This document shows, one piece after another, positions 1-13,388 of a stretch of 56,475 bases of DNA. The translations under genes were made by a program, and so were the position numbers. Numbering within the stretch: position 1 is the stretch's first letter; every line of letters starts with the position of its first letter. The notes below the pieces were generated by a model, which made no database searches, was not told where the DNA came from, and was given only the letters and a program-made list of their open reading frames with translations. The DNA is from Priapulus caudatus (lineage: Eukaryota). The stretch lies in the NCBI RefSeq assembly GCF_000485595.1, contig NW_014577085.1, forward strand, positions 264,793 to 321,267, given 5' to 3'.

Positions 1-73
1 GGATTTCAATTAGACATTTCTTAATAATTAGCAGTGATATTGGACAAACTAATACGCGTTTGGCTATAAGGTA

Positions 74-462
74 ATGTACTTATTAACTACACAAGGTGCC
101 AGTTACTGTAGCATTCGTCAACTTTGCATAATCGATGGTCGAATTATGCCTTTAATAGGCAACCAAGTAATAAAAATAATCACCAAATATTCATACTTAG
201 GGGATTTAATTAATGATATAGGAGGTTATAACGATATGATAAGAGTCAGAACTGAAAAATGTAGGTTCATGATGAGGGAAATATTATCATGGGCAGAAGA
301 GCAAAATTATGGAAATCATACTATAGAAGCAAGAGTGAAATTATACGAATGCACAGTTTTACCTTCTTTCCTAAATAACAGTGAAACATGGACTTAATGA
401 AGAAGTAAAAATGTTGGATGATTTCCAAAATGAGTGCCTGCGCAAAATAATAATCACTCAGA
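74..462 (+). mobile_element. Degenerate non-LTR retrotransposon (RTE-like) ORF2 fragment, region C-terminal to RT core
   Basis: Translation KYSYLGDLI...IRVRTEKCR...KLYECTVLPSFLNNSETWT, then after a stop/frameshift EEVKMLDDFQNECLRKII. This fits the YLG...LLYxxETWT...F...CLR.I pattern of RTE-type LINE ORF2. Confidence 0.7.
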
Positions 463-2161
463 AAACGCAGAAAAATCTACCGAAAGGCATTGAAAGACGA
501 TAAAAACTCCAACGAAAAATACGGAGAAATCAGTAAAAATAACATTTAGTTTCTATACGTAAATCGCGGTAAATACATTCAAAACGCATTATTTTATTGA
601 AAATCCCCATATTTACTTATAAAACATCCAAGAGATGGCGCTGTGGCATGTAAACATTGCGAAATGCATCGGCCGGGCAACGCTTTCATTATTTACGAAA
701 AGTAAACACAGTAGGAACTGGTGACGTCGGTGACGCCCCATTCATGTCCATCAACGAAGAAGGCGGGGCTTATCCTGCTTACAGAGATGCGAAAATGCAA
801 CAGAAGGACGTAGCGCAGTGCGCTAAACAGCGTGTTATTTTCGTATCGTGGATTGTAATCTACATCGGACGCGGAATGAGTCAGGCCATCATTGATTGCT
901 AGAAGCTTCATCAGCGTTCAGCGCCAGTTAAAAATCATGGGGAGTGCGTTCATATCAGCAGTAAGAAGCTGCGTAACTGTATAAGGTCCGTCTCACTTGT
1001 CACTCTGCCGTACCATCGTGGTAATTTCCCACGTGGTAATTTCCCTTAATGTAATATCTGAGATCATACAGGTACGGCAATAAGCAGTTACGAATGCAGT
1101 GAATATATTAGCACAGTTCTGGTACAGTACTGGTCTCTCGATGCAGCATAACTGGGTAGAAAGTACACCACTTATCCGAATTAAACGTGTATGTGTGTAT
1201 ACGGCAAGGCTTTTTAATAATTAAAGTCGTTTTAGCTAACCAGCGTAGGAAACAATACGTACGAGTAATCCGTCCTAGTTATTTCACACGTTTTTGCCAA
1301 CGTTATTTTACAAAGCATTGTTGCACAACGCCACGTATGCGTCAAATCTATTAGCACTAGTTGGGAAGTATGGATGAAAAAATAGGAAAAAAAAGTATGG
1401 ATGAAAATGAATTAGTAATGAATTATATAATCATTTACTTGTCTAGGAAATATAACAGATACTAGATCACTATATGCGGAAATTTCCCAAGACTTGCGTA
1501 ATAAGCTGTGCACAATGTCTTCTTTTAGGCTAGATCTCTTGATTTACAGTTCTTATATTTTATCTGTTGGTGGGATCAGTAATCCCACCAGGCGTTGTCT
1601 GCCATGTCTTGAATTAGGGCGTATCTATGCGGCTCTTGGCGTATTTTCGCCAATTTCGCAGCATAAATGCACAGGATGGATGTTAGATGGATCGCAGCGA
1701 TTTGAAGCCATGTTAATCAAAGTAGAATGCCATGTAGACATTATTGAAAACCAGTACTATGCCATATATGTGTTTCAGAAATACAGAAACGTGAATAGAG
1801 TATACGTGTACCCAGGAGTTGTGTACCGTATACCGAAATGCAATATGCGTAGGATTGGAGGATTCTTCTAATCACACGGCTAGAAGTCAAAGTAGTATAG
1901 CCGATGCGTTCTAGATATTCTGGTAATTTGCTTGCTGCAACGGGTGATGATGCCTGCAGGCAGAAAATGTGATAATGTGGTATTGCTGTGCTGCGAAGCT
2001 GTAGGAAGAAGCTATCGTCATGATGGCGTGATTAACACGCCGAATAGCGGCCACCTCGTCGCTATGCGCACAATAATTGCGGTCATGAATTGTGTTGGCA
2101 ATATTAGGTAACACTATAGCTTCGTCGCCCGTATGATTAATGCACGTATAGAAGTGCGTGC

Positions 2162-2560
<399 letters not shown>

Positions 2561-5147
2561 GTATGACCGCTGGATCTCCGCACGTGTCTTGTTATCACTG
2601 GTAGTATACGCGTACTGCACAACAGTGGTCATTGAACACGGCTCACACAAAATGTGTTCATGCAGCCGCAGGGGAAACACCGTGCGCGACACATCCCGGA
2701 ATGCGATGGCTTGCTCTGCTTCCTTCTATCATGACGATGCGACGTCATCATAATCATCATAGAGGGAGAAGCTGGGCGCGGGAGCATCCATCTTGCGCTC
2801 GGCGCGCTGTATGTGGCTATTGTGTGTGTCCCCCTTCTCTCATCCCGACAATGCCGAGTCGTGGAGTAATCAGGCGTGCACATGATTACATGGATGGAAG
2901 CTGTCTGTCCGTAAACGCTTGTTAACGCCGCTGTAGTCGTAACCGTAGGTAAGCGCGATGCGGCGCCGCTATCATTTTCTCATCTCGATCAGTATAATAT
3001 ATGTACACGTATTGCACGTGTAACGTCGTTCGCAGCTGTGTGCGGACGCGTGAATGCGACACGTCGGCGCAGCTTTTGTCGCCTGCGCGCATCAGGCCGA
3101 TGTTCTCTTTCTTCCTCGCTTCGCATACATGCAAAATGTAAATCCCGCTCCGCAGCGAGAACGCCATCCGCTTCTCATCACAGGCAATCGCAGGCATTGT
3201 GACTCGCGGCGCCGACACGGTTTACTCGGGTGCGGTTTGTCACGCTCCATGTGCGACTTTCGCGAAAGCTTCGCGCGGCAGGTGTTGCATAACGTCTTGT
3301 CGTAAGCCTGCGTATAACACAGTGACACCCCCCCCACCCCGCGCGTGCGTGGGTACGTGTTCGTAATTGCGTCGGGGCGCGTGCACTTCTCGCCTTTCGT
3401 CGGATTTATGCAATGCTCGCCTTCGTTCAAGCCTCTGCGGTAAAACCCCAGGCTCGCACCGGCATTTATGAGCAGCCGTCGCCCTGATTAATACGTTCCT
3501 CGCGTTATGACACCAGTGTAATTATACTGGCGACGGCATGTGCGCGCATACAGGAATGCTTACAGTGTACGCGCGTCAATACTTGGCTATAGTATACGCG
3601 GCATAGAGGGTAGACAGTTACAGCGCCGGCACGCTATACTGTACTGCCAATTACCCGTAGTGTCACGATCAGTGCGCAGCTCTGGTCCTGATCGTACTGC
3701 GTGCAATAATTCAGCTGTCACATATCAGTGTCACACAGTGAGAAGCTGACAGGTTTCGTGCTGGTTTACGGGTTGACATCAATTTCGTAGCTGGTTTGCC
3801 GTTGCGAGAACGCCGCTGCTGAAGTGTTGTCAATCACAGAGCACTTCAGCATCCTCGCCTCATAATGAGAGCGGGATTCTCCCATGTTGAACTGGAATTT
3901 TCCAAGATCACGCTGATCTTTTCGTGTACACACACGTATGGAAAGCCATCCCCTTCAAAAATCATTTTCAAACATTTTAAATACACAATTTTAAATCAAT
4001 TTTAAAACATTTCAATTTCAATTTAATAAAATACAAAATTACTGTCTATTGTTTCGAGAAGTTTAAATTCCGAAAGTTAAAATCAATTTCACGACGAATA
4101 AGGCAATCATTTATTATGTTGCAAATTAATTGCACACTTTGCCAAAAGTATTGACTGATATTACAATTCGTTCACATCAGGATAAAATTTAGTGTGTCAA
4201 AACAACAAACAATTCTACTACTTGCCATTTAATTGGAGAAACATGCTTACATGACTCACAACCATGTTCAACATCTTGCCGCTTCATACCCTAACATTGA
4301 AATTTATAGTTTTAAACTTAATTTACGCAATAACGAATTCCGTTCACTAAGTTTGAATTAGATTGATTACGCTTTTAAATTAATTCACCAAAATTGCGAA
4401 TTCTTAACTGTTGGTTTGCAGAATTATTTAGGTAACAACACGAACATGTATAGCTTTAATTTCAAATTAATTCATACAGCTTTCAAACATACTATAAATG
4501 TTTACAATCAAAGAGTCTTTTAAACAATCAATTACGCAACTTCCAATCTATTCAAGAATTTGAAATCACTTACATACCGTTTCATTTGGCGCGGCACTCT
4601 GTTGTTTTCCAGAGTCCGCTGTGCCAAACTATTACAGGAAAGTTCGAATGAATTCATAGACGACTTGCAATCTATTCACTTACACTGTTCCGAACCAGGC
4701 CAACTACAAACCAAGACTCAAATCAACTTCATTCTAAAATTGCCCGGATGCTTCACGCTTCGGACGTGAGTTGTCACGCGTCATAGTATTGGAGGATTCG
4801 ATTTTTACACCCTAGCTGGGACAGATCTGGTTTGTTTACGCTTGGTACACTACAGATGTAGTGACCAGTATTGCCAGGAGCGTTCAGGCGTGACGTCGAC
4901 GTCCAGGGTCACGTGTGTAACATAGCTCTTGCTGGTATGGCCAAAGAGCGTTTCCGCCGGCGGCACCAAACTGCATGCAGTGCCCCTTCCGCTTCACTCA
5001 GGTACACACTGCCCAATGCTAGCACTATTTTTTAAAGTGGGCGGAGCTCGGGCGGGAAATCTAGCGAATGGAGATTTTCGCTAACAGGGTATGATTTGAA
5101 AGAGGTAAATGTCTGCGCACATCCGCACGTCCATCTTTCGTGAACAC

Positions 5148-5312
5148 AATAAAAAAAATAAAAAAACTTAATGAATAAAAAGATAAAAAAAATACAAAAA
5201 TGAATCATAAAAATAAACTAAAAAAAAATACAAAATAAAAATTAAAAAAAAAAAAAACAAAATAAATAAAATAAAAAATAAAAGAATAAAATAAAAAATA
5301 AAATAATAATAA
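5148..5312. repeat. A-rich low-complexity tract (AAATA-like)
   Basis: Directly visible. Confidence 0.9.
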
Positions 5313-5559
5313 TTGTCATATTTTATTCAATTGTGCTAAAATAACAGGTCGGATTTTTATTAATATCTTTGCAACTTGGTTATTAGTCCAAATTCTATAT
5401 TACATAGGATACGAGTAACGCTCCTGCCTTGCTAAAACTTGATAGGTAAAAAGACGCTTACAAATTGTAACCGAAAATCTACTGTGTGCAGTGGATAAGT
5501 ATTGAGCATACATGAGCGAGAGCGCCATCTTTTGTGGGGTTTGCGGACGGCCAGCATCT

Positions 5560-5905
5560 GCAAGGCACGGGGAGGACGTCTTCAATAAAATAAAAATAAA
5601 GGTAAATAAAACACGAAATGTATTTACTACCAAAGTCTTAATGGTTATCTCTACTCTTATTTCGCCTTATAATCACCTGCTAGAGTGCCGGCAAATGCTC
5701 ATCTGCAACACACAAGTACACCGTACGCTCGCCCTTAGCTTCTAGTTACTATAGCCGCGTACAGTGACTGCCGCAGGCAGCCAGCAGCTGACAGTGCAGC
5801 CCGCACCGCGTAGTGACAGCGCTGCTGCGGTAGTCACTGTACACGGGTATATTACTTAGAGCTAGCCAACGCCTGTGCTGCGTGCACAAACAACATGAAT
5901 AAGAG
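5560..5905 (+). mobile_element. Dispersed repeat family copy 1, interrupted by a small palindromic MITE
   Basis: Shares AAATAAAACACGAAATGTA...TATAATCACCTG...AAATGCTCATCTGCAACACACAAGTACACCG with 19880-20030 (+) and 33385-33590 (-). Confidence 0.7.
5736..5865. mobile_element. About 130-bp palindromic MITE-like insertion
   Basis: Imperfect ~40-bp inverted repeats (CTAGTTACTATAGCCGCGTACAGTGACTGCCGCAGGCAGC / GCTGCTGCGGTAGTCACTGTACACGGGTATATTACTTAG). It is absent from the homologous copy at 33.4 kb. Confidence 0.6.
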
Positions 5906-6014
5906 AGTTATGTTATTCATGTTGTTTATGCTCTTTTATGCCTCTTTTATTGTTACGCTCTCTTAATTATTCATGTTATTTTTTGTTTTTGTTCATTAAC
6001 CCTAACCCTAACCC

Positions 6015-6472
6015 ATATATTAATTATGGCCTAATGAGCTGGGGGACTGCCTACCAAACTCGCATTACAACAAATCAAAACAAAACAGAATAAATGTATG
6101 CGTTCCATCTTCTTTGCTAAAAAAAGAGAAAGTGCTACCCCATACTACAACCTTCTAGACATTCTAATCCTTGATAATGTTTTTTAACTCAAAATCTCAA
6201 CTCTTGTACACAAAATCAAGTATGTTAAAACGGATATTCCTGCAGCCTTTATTGATCTAATTCCTTCTGCTTTACAAATACATAATTAAACACTAGGTAT
6301 GCCTCAAAAGGTAATCTACACAGATCTGCCTCCAGGACCAACTATGGTCTATCTCGATTTAAGTCTCTGGCCTTCAAGGATATGGGAAACAATCTCTTGA
6401 AATTTAAAACTCGCCCACAGAGGGAATTTAAACATGACTTATAAGCTATTCCTTCTAGACACGCGCAGTAAA
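6015..6472 (+). mobile_element. Frameshifted 3' fragment of a CR1/L2-group LINE ORF2
   Basis: Piecewise translation NYGLMSWGTAYQTR...RSIFFAKKRESATPYYNLLDILILDNVF...HN*NTRYASKGNLHRSASRTNYGLSRFK...WETIS...YKLFLLDT. The YG...WG, HxYNTR and RTNYG motifs are typical of CR1/L2-group C-termini. Confidence 0.75.
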
Positions 6473-6488
6473 TATCAATTTAAATTAA

Positions 6489-7010
6489 ATTAGTGGCGTG
6501 TTATTTAGGACCATTGGTTATGGTTATATATTATATTATAATTGCTTCCTTGCTCTCTCTTGTTGTTACTTATTACCTATTACGTCAATTGTGATTTTTG
6601 TTCTTACTGTTCCATATATATGTAAATATGTATATATATTTTTTGTACGTAGACAGCCAGAAATGTTCAAGTTAAATTAGTGTATGTTATTTTAGGACCA
6701 TTAGAAATTAGTTTATATATTATAATATAAATGTTTCTTGTTCTTTGTACTTAATTACCTCAATTGTATTTTTTGTTCTACTGTTGCCATATATATGTAT
6801 ATATGTATATATATTTTTTATTTTTTTTTGTACGTAGACTATCAGAAATGTTCAATTAATTAGCTGTCTGTTATTTAGGGCCATTAGAAATTAGTTATAT
6901 ATTATTTATTAATTGCTTTCTTGTTCTTGTTACTTTATTACATCAATTGTATTTTTGTTTATTAGCTTACTGTTCCATATATGTATGTAGTATATTATTT
7001 GTTTCTCACT
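6489..7010 (+). repeat. Three diverged AT-rich tandem copies of ~185 bp (probable LINE 3' UTR)
   Basis: AATTAG...TGTTATTTAGG.CCATT recurs at ~6489, ~6675 and ~6858. Confidence 0.75.
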
Positions 7011-10000
7011 CTTATTTCCATATATTTGCTTATTTCCTATATTTAGTTTAATTGTACGTTTCAACTCGATTTTATATTACCTTTGGTATGCTGCTGTCAA
7101 CCCTCGAAAGCTCTCATTGCTTACTCGTTGGCCACTATCGCTACATTACTTAACCTCTTAAACCTATCATGTCTATATATTATTATAATATTCTGCTGCC
7201 CTTTATTTACTCTATCCTGCACCTCCCTATGCTGGTACGAAGCTGATATTGAAAAGTGCGAAAAATATAATATGACACCTCCTGAAATGAATCTGTTATT
7301 CTTGTTCAGCAGAGCTATGTTTACACACGTGACCTGGACGTGACGTCACGCTGAACGCTTCTTGGGCAACACTGTTACTACACTGTAGTGTACAGCTGTA
7401 AACCACAGTGCTGTAAACAAACAGATCTTTCCCGCAGCGTGGTAAAAACCGGATCCTCCAATACTATAGCGTATCCATCCGAGCTCAAGAATCCGGGTAC
7501 TTTTAGAATGAATTCATTTGTAGTTTGGTTTGTAGTTGGCTGGTTCGGAAAGTGTAGTGAATAGATTTCAAGTCCTATGAATTCATTCGAAGTTTCCTGA
7601 ATAGTTTTGCACACGGACCGGAAACAACAGAGTGGGCGGCAAATTGTAAACGTTAGTAAGTGATTTCAGAGGTCTTGAATAGTTTGGAAGTTGCATAAAT
7701 TGATTGTTAAATTAGCGCTTTGATTGTAAACATTTATATATGTTTTGAAAGCTGTATGATTAATTTGTAATTTAAGCTATACATTTGTCGTTAGTTACCT
7801 AATAATTCTGAAACCAACAGTTAGATTCGCATTTCTGGTGATTAATTTTAAAAGTAATAAATTAATTTCAAACTTAGTGAACTGATTCGTTATTCTGTAA
7901 ATTAATTTAAAACCTATAATTTCAATTGTTAGGGTGATGAAGCAAGATTTGAAAATTTGTGAGTTTATGTAACATGTTATCAATTAAATTGTAAGTTAGT
8001 AAATTGGTTTGTTGTTTTGAAAATAAATTGTACGTTTAGAAAATGAATTTTTACAATGATGTGAAGGAATTTGTATATCAGGCAATTATTTTGGAAAGTT
8101 GAGAATTAATTTGCAAGTTAATAAATTGATTTGTTATTCTGTGAATTAATTTTAAATTTTGAATTTAAATTTTTCGAACAATATAAAGTAATTTGTATTT
8201 TTATGAATTAATTTGAAATGTTTTAAATTGATTTAAAATTGTGTATTTGAAATGTTTGAAAATGATTTTTGAAGGGGATGGCTTTTCATACACACGCACA
8301 CAGGCACGCAACTCACGTATGTCTGTGCTCACCTGCGCTTCCACTCGCGTGAAATGTGCGCGATTTTTAACGTAGTAGATTAGTAGATTACAGTTTCATA
8401 CCCATTTAAGGTTGGGAAACAGTCCGAATAAAGGTGTGCCACAATTAAACCCTTTTCTTTGGAATGCGAAAAACGGCCAGACTATCGGTGCATAGGCGGA
8501 TGTATTATTTAACGCAAAAGCAAGTGTGCAGTAACATTACATGTCAAAATACGTCAAATCGTGAAGGTTATATGGCGCTCACGCTCGCTCGAGCATTTTC
8601 GGCGCACGTTGGCCTTTGCTGATGTTGATGCTGAGCCGATGGGCATTCCGATTGAATGTTTTACAATGTGTGACATCGTGGTGGCAGATAGTCAGAACGC
8701 ATTAATGTGCAGCGAAGCGGTGAATGTATATTTCACTTGCGGGCTGGTGGTGGCGTTCGTATTGATTTTAATGCGCAATTTTTACCGCACGGCTTCAATA
8801 TGAGAGCATTTAGTAATGATTCAGCCGGCAACTCTCAATCGTTACGGACCATATACTTTCTTGATCGACTAATTAAAACGCAGAGAACTTCAACAACGAG
8901 GTTGGTTTGTTCATGGTTGTACGATGATGGGGGCGCTGTGCCGGGGGGACGTTGTCTCAGTCAGTGGAGATTCGGTGACGTAACAGTCAGCGCGTGAGGT
9001 GCAAAGAATGTAAAGTCCGCAGCGTAACACTAATGCCGCGTGATGCTTACATTTTACACGCGGCTGAGCTTTTCCGTTAGCTGAAGGCTGAAGCAAGTAT
9101 GCCGAGAGGTGGCGAAACATTCTGGCGTTTTCGATATGCGTACTGTGTAACAAAACACCCCGCTCTGAATTCGATACAGAACGCTATATACGTATGTCCG
9201 TTGATCGAATTAATTATGCTAAACAAAGAAACGTACATGATTTATGCGCCAGTGGTGGTACGATAAGCATCTCTTATTATATACTTTCATAATCCGCTCG
9301 TGTTTGTGGAGCCGATTTGCCCTCCTATATTAGTGTCACGTCTAGTAGTACATAGATTGATGCAGGCCTGATAGCGTGGGTTTTCCGGTCGCTTAAATAG
9401 CGTGTGTACTGTTCTAATATTGTCAGATTATCGCTTTTTAACATTGTGCTTCCTGCGCAATACCACGGTTTTCCGAAACCAATTTCCTGTGTAGTATCTA
9501 CACATAATAGGAAATAATCTCCTTGATGTTAAAATTGCTTTGCTTACAAAACAAATGGATTACATGCTCGACTAATGTAGAGAACAAAATTTCAACCTTC
9601 GATTTAACGAAACTCTGAGACTCATAGAATATAATGTTCAACAAACTACAAAAAGTATATATTAATATAATATCACAAAAATGCAATTAATTACTGAACA
9701 ATGAACTAAGATTACTACTTATAGGATATAATCATATTTCACAAGGGTATTTAGTTCATACAGTCGGCTGATTAGCGACTATTCTTGGAACGCTATTGTT
9801 TACGTGTAAATTATGCCTAATAGTTCAGCGGCCATTCTACAGTCATCAGCTGCATGTTAATAAACTCTGTCCAAAGAAATGCAGATTCCACGAACTTTTG
9901 TAATACCTGGTTGATTAGCACTTTACCAAGGTGACTAACGTGGCCATTACAGCGCGTTACAGATAATAATTGTTACAGTACTAATACAACTTTTCACACG

Positions 10001-10655
10001 CGCGAGTCATGCATGATGATTCTGTTCCAATGCTCCATTCATTCTTGATGTTGAAAAGACTGTGTACATTAGTGAAAGTAGTTAACATCGAAACTAAAAC
10101 ATCGAAAGAAAATGTTGCTTGTAATCAGTACCATGCAGACACTACTATCACACCCAGATGCCTTGTTGTTAATTTTTTATTCAATCTGTTTCAGTGTGCA
10201 ATTAATTTGAAAAATTTCTAGGGCGTAGCTCGCTTACACGTTATGTATAGTCCACCTATGTTTGAATTTCATGGTGGTCATCTGATGTTCTGCCATGTTT
10301 GTCTTGAGTTATAGTGTGTAGTTCTTACGTTGAACTAGTGCTATCACTGAACAAAATGGCGGAAACAGCAGGAGGTCGTTATTTAATGAAATCCTCATTA
10401 TTTAGCTTGTTAGTTGGTCAGATCCCGTTTGTATTTAGTCATAGCCTTTCGGCTCGACTGTCGTTTTGCCGATACTTAAACCGAATGTGGGTAGGTATTG
10501 ATTCTCACTGGTTCAGAAAACCTTTCACGCGTTTTATGAGCTCTTAAGAGGTCTGGCTAAAGGTTTTGGTCTAAGCTAGAGGTTTGCATTTGAGACAGAG
10601 CAGGCTGCTTCCTCATGTATGAGGGTGTGCGCCCTCGTGGCGTTGCGAACAATCA

Positions 10656-10813
10656 CACTATAGGGGGCGCTCTTCTTAGAAAATGGCATCGATAGGATGC
10701 GCCTGTGCACCAGGGAGCGCTTTTCGTCTATTGGGTGCAGTGTTCTGCCAGAGGGCGCTCTTCTCCTACTTTGCACCTTTCTCCCAGGGAGCACCTTTTC
10801 AGCAAGAGGCGCC
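10656..10813 (+). promoter_or_regulatory. Cluster of five co-oriented CTCF-like motifs
   Basis: Cores CTATAGGGGGCGC, CACCAGGGAGCGC, TGCCAGAGGGCGC, CCCAGGGAGCAC and CAGCAAGAGGCGC. Four have TGC/AGC exactly 13 nt before the central CAG/CAA. Confidence 0.5.
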
Positions 10814-13388
10814 CGTCGTTTACGGTGTTCCTTCTGATCTATATATAAACATTTAATGTACAGATCGGCGGTGGTTTCTTCTGTCATTGGACGCATATCT
10901 CCGCTCGGAGTGCGCGCACATGAAGTGATCCACGAACATGAACAACTCGTTATATCATTGTTATACAACGACGTTGGCGGGATAGTACCGAGGTTTGCTA
11001 TCGCGATCTTTCAACGCCGCGACGTTCCCTGTCGCGGGCAAACTCGCCCGAATCTCGCCTCGCGTACGTTAATATTCAAATGGCATGGACCCGAAAGACA
11101 AGTGAATCGATTCGATCACAGTAGTCACGAACAGCTGGGGGTTTGCGAGTAATGTAAGCCGCACGCTCGCCGAGTGCTGTCGCTTCTAAAAGCCATTTCG
11201 AGCGTCGCGAGAAAAATTGTGGCTTACGGGAAAAAAAACTCCTGATCGATGTTTACGATGGACAGCAGGTTTAGCGAAAACCTGTAGAGGCGCCGCGTTG
11301 TTCATCGCTATGACAGCGCCGTTTCCATACATTTTATGTCAATATTAATTCGAGCTGCCGTCGCGTGCTTTCGGAAGCCATTTAAACTTGGAATATACCC
11401 TCTATACCGCAGGGAGCTTCACTTTAATGTAAATGAACCGCGGGTGGCGGGCGACCACGTTGGCGTGCTCTATAGTAGAAGCTGAAGTGCTGCACTGTTG
11501 CGTGATCCTTATTCGGTCAATGCAGAATTTGCATAGAAATTTAAAAGTAGGCGAGTTGAAGCAGCGAGCTTGTACAAGCATTGTTTCTTGCATATATAAT
11601 CAAGCGCTCTTGATATAATTGTGCACCAATAGTCAGAACGCAAATTGCTATGTACAGTAATTTGTGTGAGTGTGCGTGTGCGTGCGCACGTACGCTCATG
11701 TGTTCATGTGTTCACGTGCCTGCATTCGCGGGTTGCGTGAATGTTTTTACATAATGTATAGCCAGGTAATTGACAGATTACTATTTTAGCTATACTTAGA
11801 TCTGTGTAATAGCTAATGTTGATAATTATTTTAATTAACAACCATATTTCATTTTGTGCATCTTCCTGTGTCTTTCTATGCAACGAGCATTAAGTTTTAC
11901 AGGAACTTGATTACAAAGGAAGACTAATTAATTTTTGTATGATCATTAATCGAGAACAATGCTAATACGTGCTATATTGGGTATATCCTTCGACTTCGGT
12001 AAATTCATCGTTATTTCTATATATTTATATACACCTCTGCCGACATCGACTTGGTTACACCGCTGCCCGATATACGAATTAAAACGTGATCAATAGCATA
12101 TAAACTATATACATATTTATATATACATAAGATGATCTATGAACTTTATAGCGATAGATATTTGTACTACATTATTATTCTGTGTAATGCCCGTTTCGGG
12201 CTCTCACTAGGCGTATATATATATATACATACAAGACCCGCAGAGCATAATATAAGCATACGGTTTATGTACTTCTCGTGTTAATTTCCTCTCATTCGGC
12301 TGTGGAACAGCAGAGACTTATAACGACTAGACCGTGGCTACGCGTGGTTATCCCAAAGTCCTTACTGGCGTTATGTACATCTAGCGCTCATAATGCTCTG
12401 AGAATTGAAACATATATTGCTCGTCTATGAACTATATGATTTATCGTACCTAGCACCGTATGTTATGTTGCACTTCTATCCACCGCATACGCCCTTGGCA
12501 GGTTTAACCTAATGCGCAGCATCCACGGTTGCACGTACAGCTTGCTTTGTAATTTCTGTTGACTGCCTCACATATAATTAATTATTTTTACTCCAATAAA
12601 CATTTACATATTTTTTGCATTCGCTAGCCGTCCTGCGCGCCGCGAGGTCAATTATTTTTGTTCAGGTAAAAATAATTTTACTGATGTAAAGATGAAATAC
12701 TCGCTGTCGCACTCGCAGCTGTAATTGTCTGTACCTTGATAGAAATATTGTTTTGTCATGGAAAGCCAGTCAGAATAATTTTACCGCAGTAAACTAAGTA
12801 TTACCGCAGTGAGAATAAAATCTTACCCGACTAGTCAGCATTAATTGGAGTCGAGTTACATATAATTTTACCACCGTAAAATAATTTTGAAGCTAATCAG
12901 GAGCCGTGTTACGTGTAATTTTATCAAGGTAAAACTGTTTAGTTTTGAAAACGAAGGAAGCAATAATCCGGTTACGGGCCTGTTGTCTGTATACCTACGT
13001 GAGCTAGTTAACGATAACAAATATAATAGAGGAAAATTTAAACTCAGGTTTAATCGAATCACGGGAAGGGCGTACTATCAACCGCAACTGTTTCCTAGAT
13101 CTACCTGCTCACCAATGGTGGCCCACCCGAATCTTACAAGTCTATGTCAGCACTATGTATCTGTTTATTCCGTACCTGATTTGGTCATTTATTTTCGGCG
13201 ATTTGTTGGCATCACGTCCAAAAATCGCGGATGTATAGGAACTACATCCGTAGGAAAACTGACGATGTATGGAGGATTTCCGGATTGAACACGCATTATG
13301 ATGGTGTGCCAATTTCCTGAAAATCTTGCGCGGTCTATCAAGACAGTGGCTCAAAGAAGACGTCAACAAGTTTACGGAACGTGCTAAG

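Larger units (their letters stand above)
3936..8291. repeat. Long inverted repeat (arms about 3936-4934 and 7306-8291, about 2.4-kb spacer); foldback-like element or long-read artefact
   Basis: GTATGGAAAGCCATCCCCTTCAAAAATCATTTTCAAACATT at 3936 is the reverse complement of the sequence ending at 8291. Similarity continues to GTCACGTGTGTAACATAGCTCT (~4910-4930) versus AGAGCTATGTTTACACACGTGAC (7311-7333). The arms differ by many 1-nt indels. Confidence 0.85.

Noticed and set aside
3540..3749. ORF containing QRRHAILYCQLPV, reminiscent of a pseudosubstrate and of the PDE7A1 N-terminus
   Set aside because: No real ATG or convincing flanking splice sites, and the motif order differs from PDE7A1; probably chance.
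12241..12400. Possible MITE with CAGAGCAT...ATGCTCTG ends
   Set aside because: Only about 8-10 bp of inverted match and no clear TSD.
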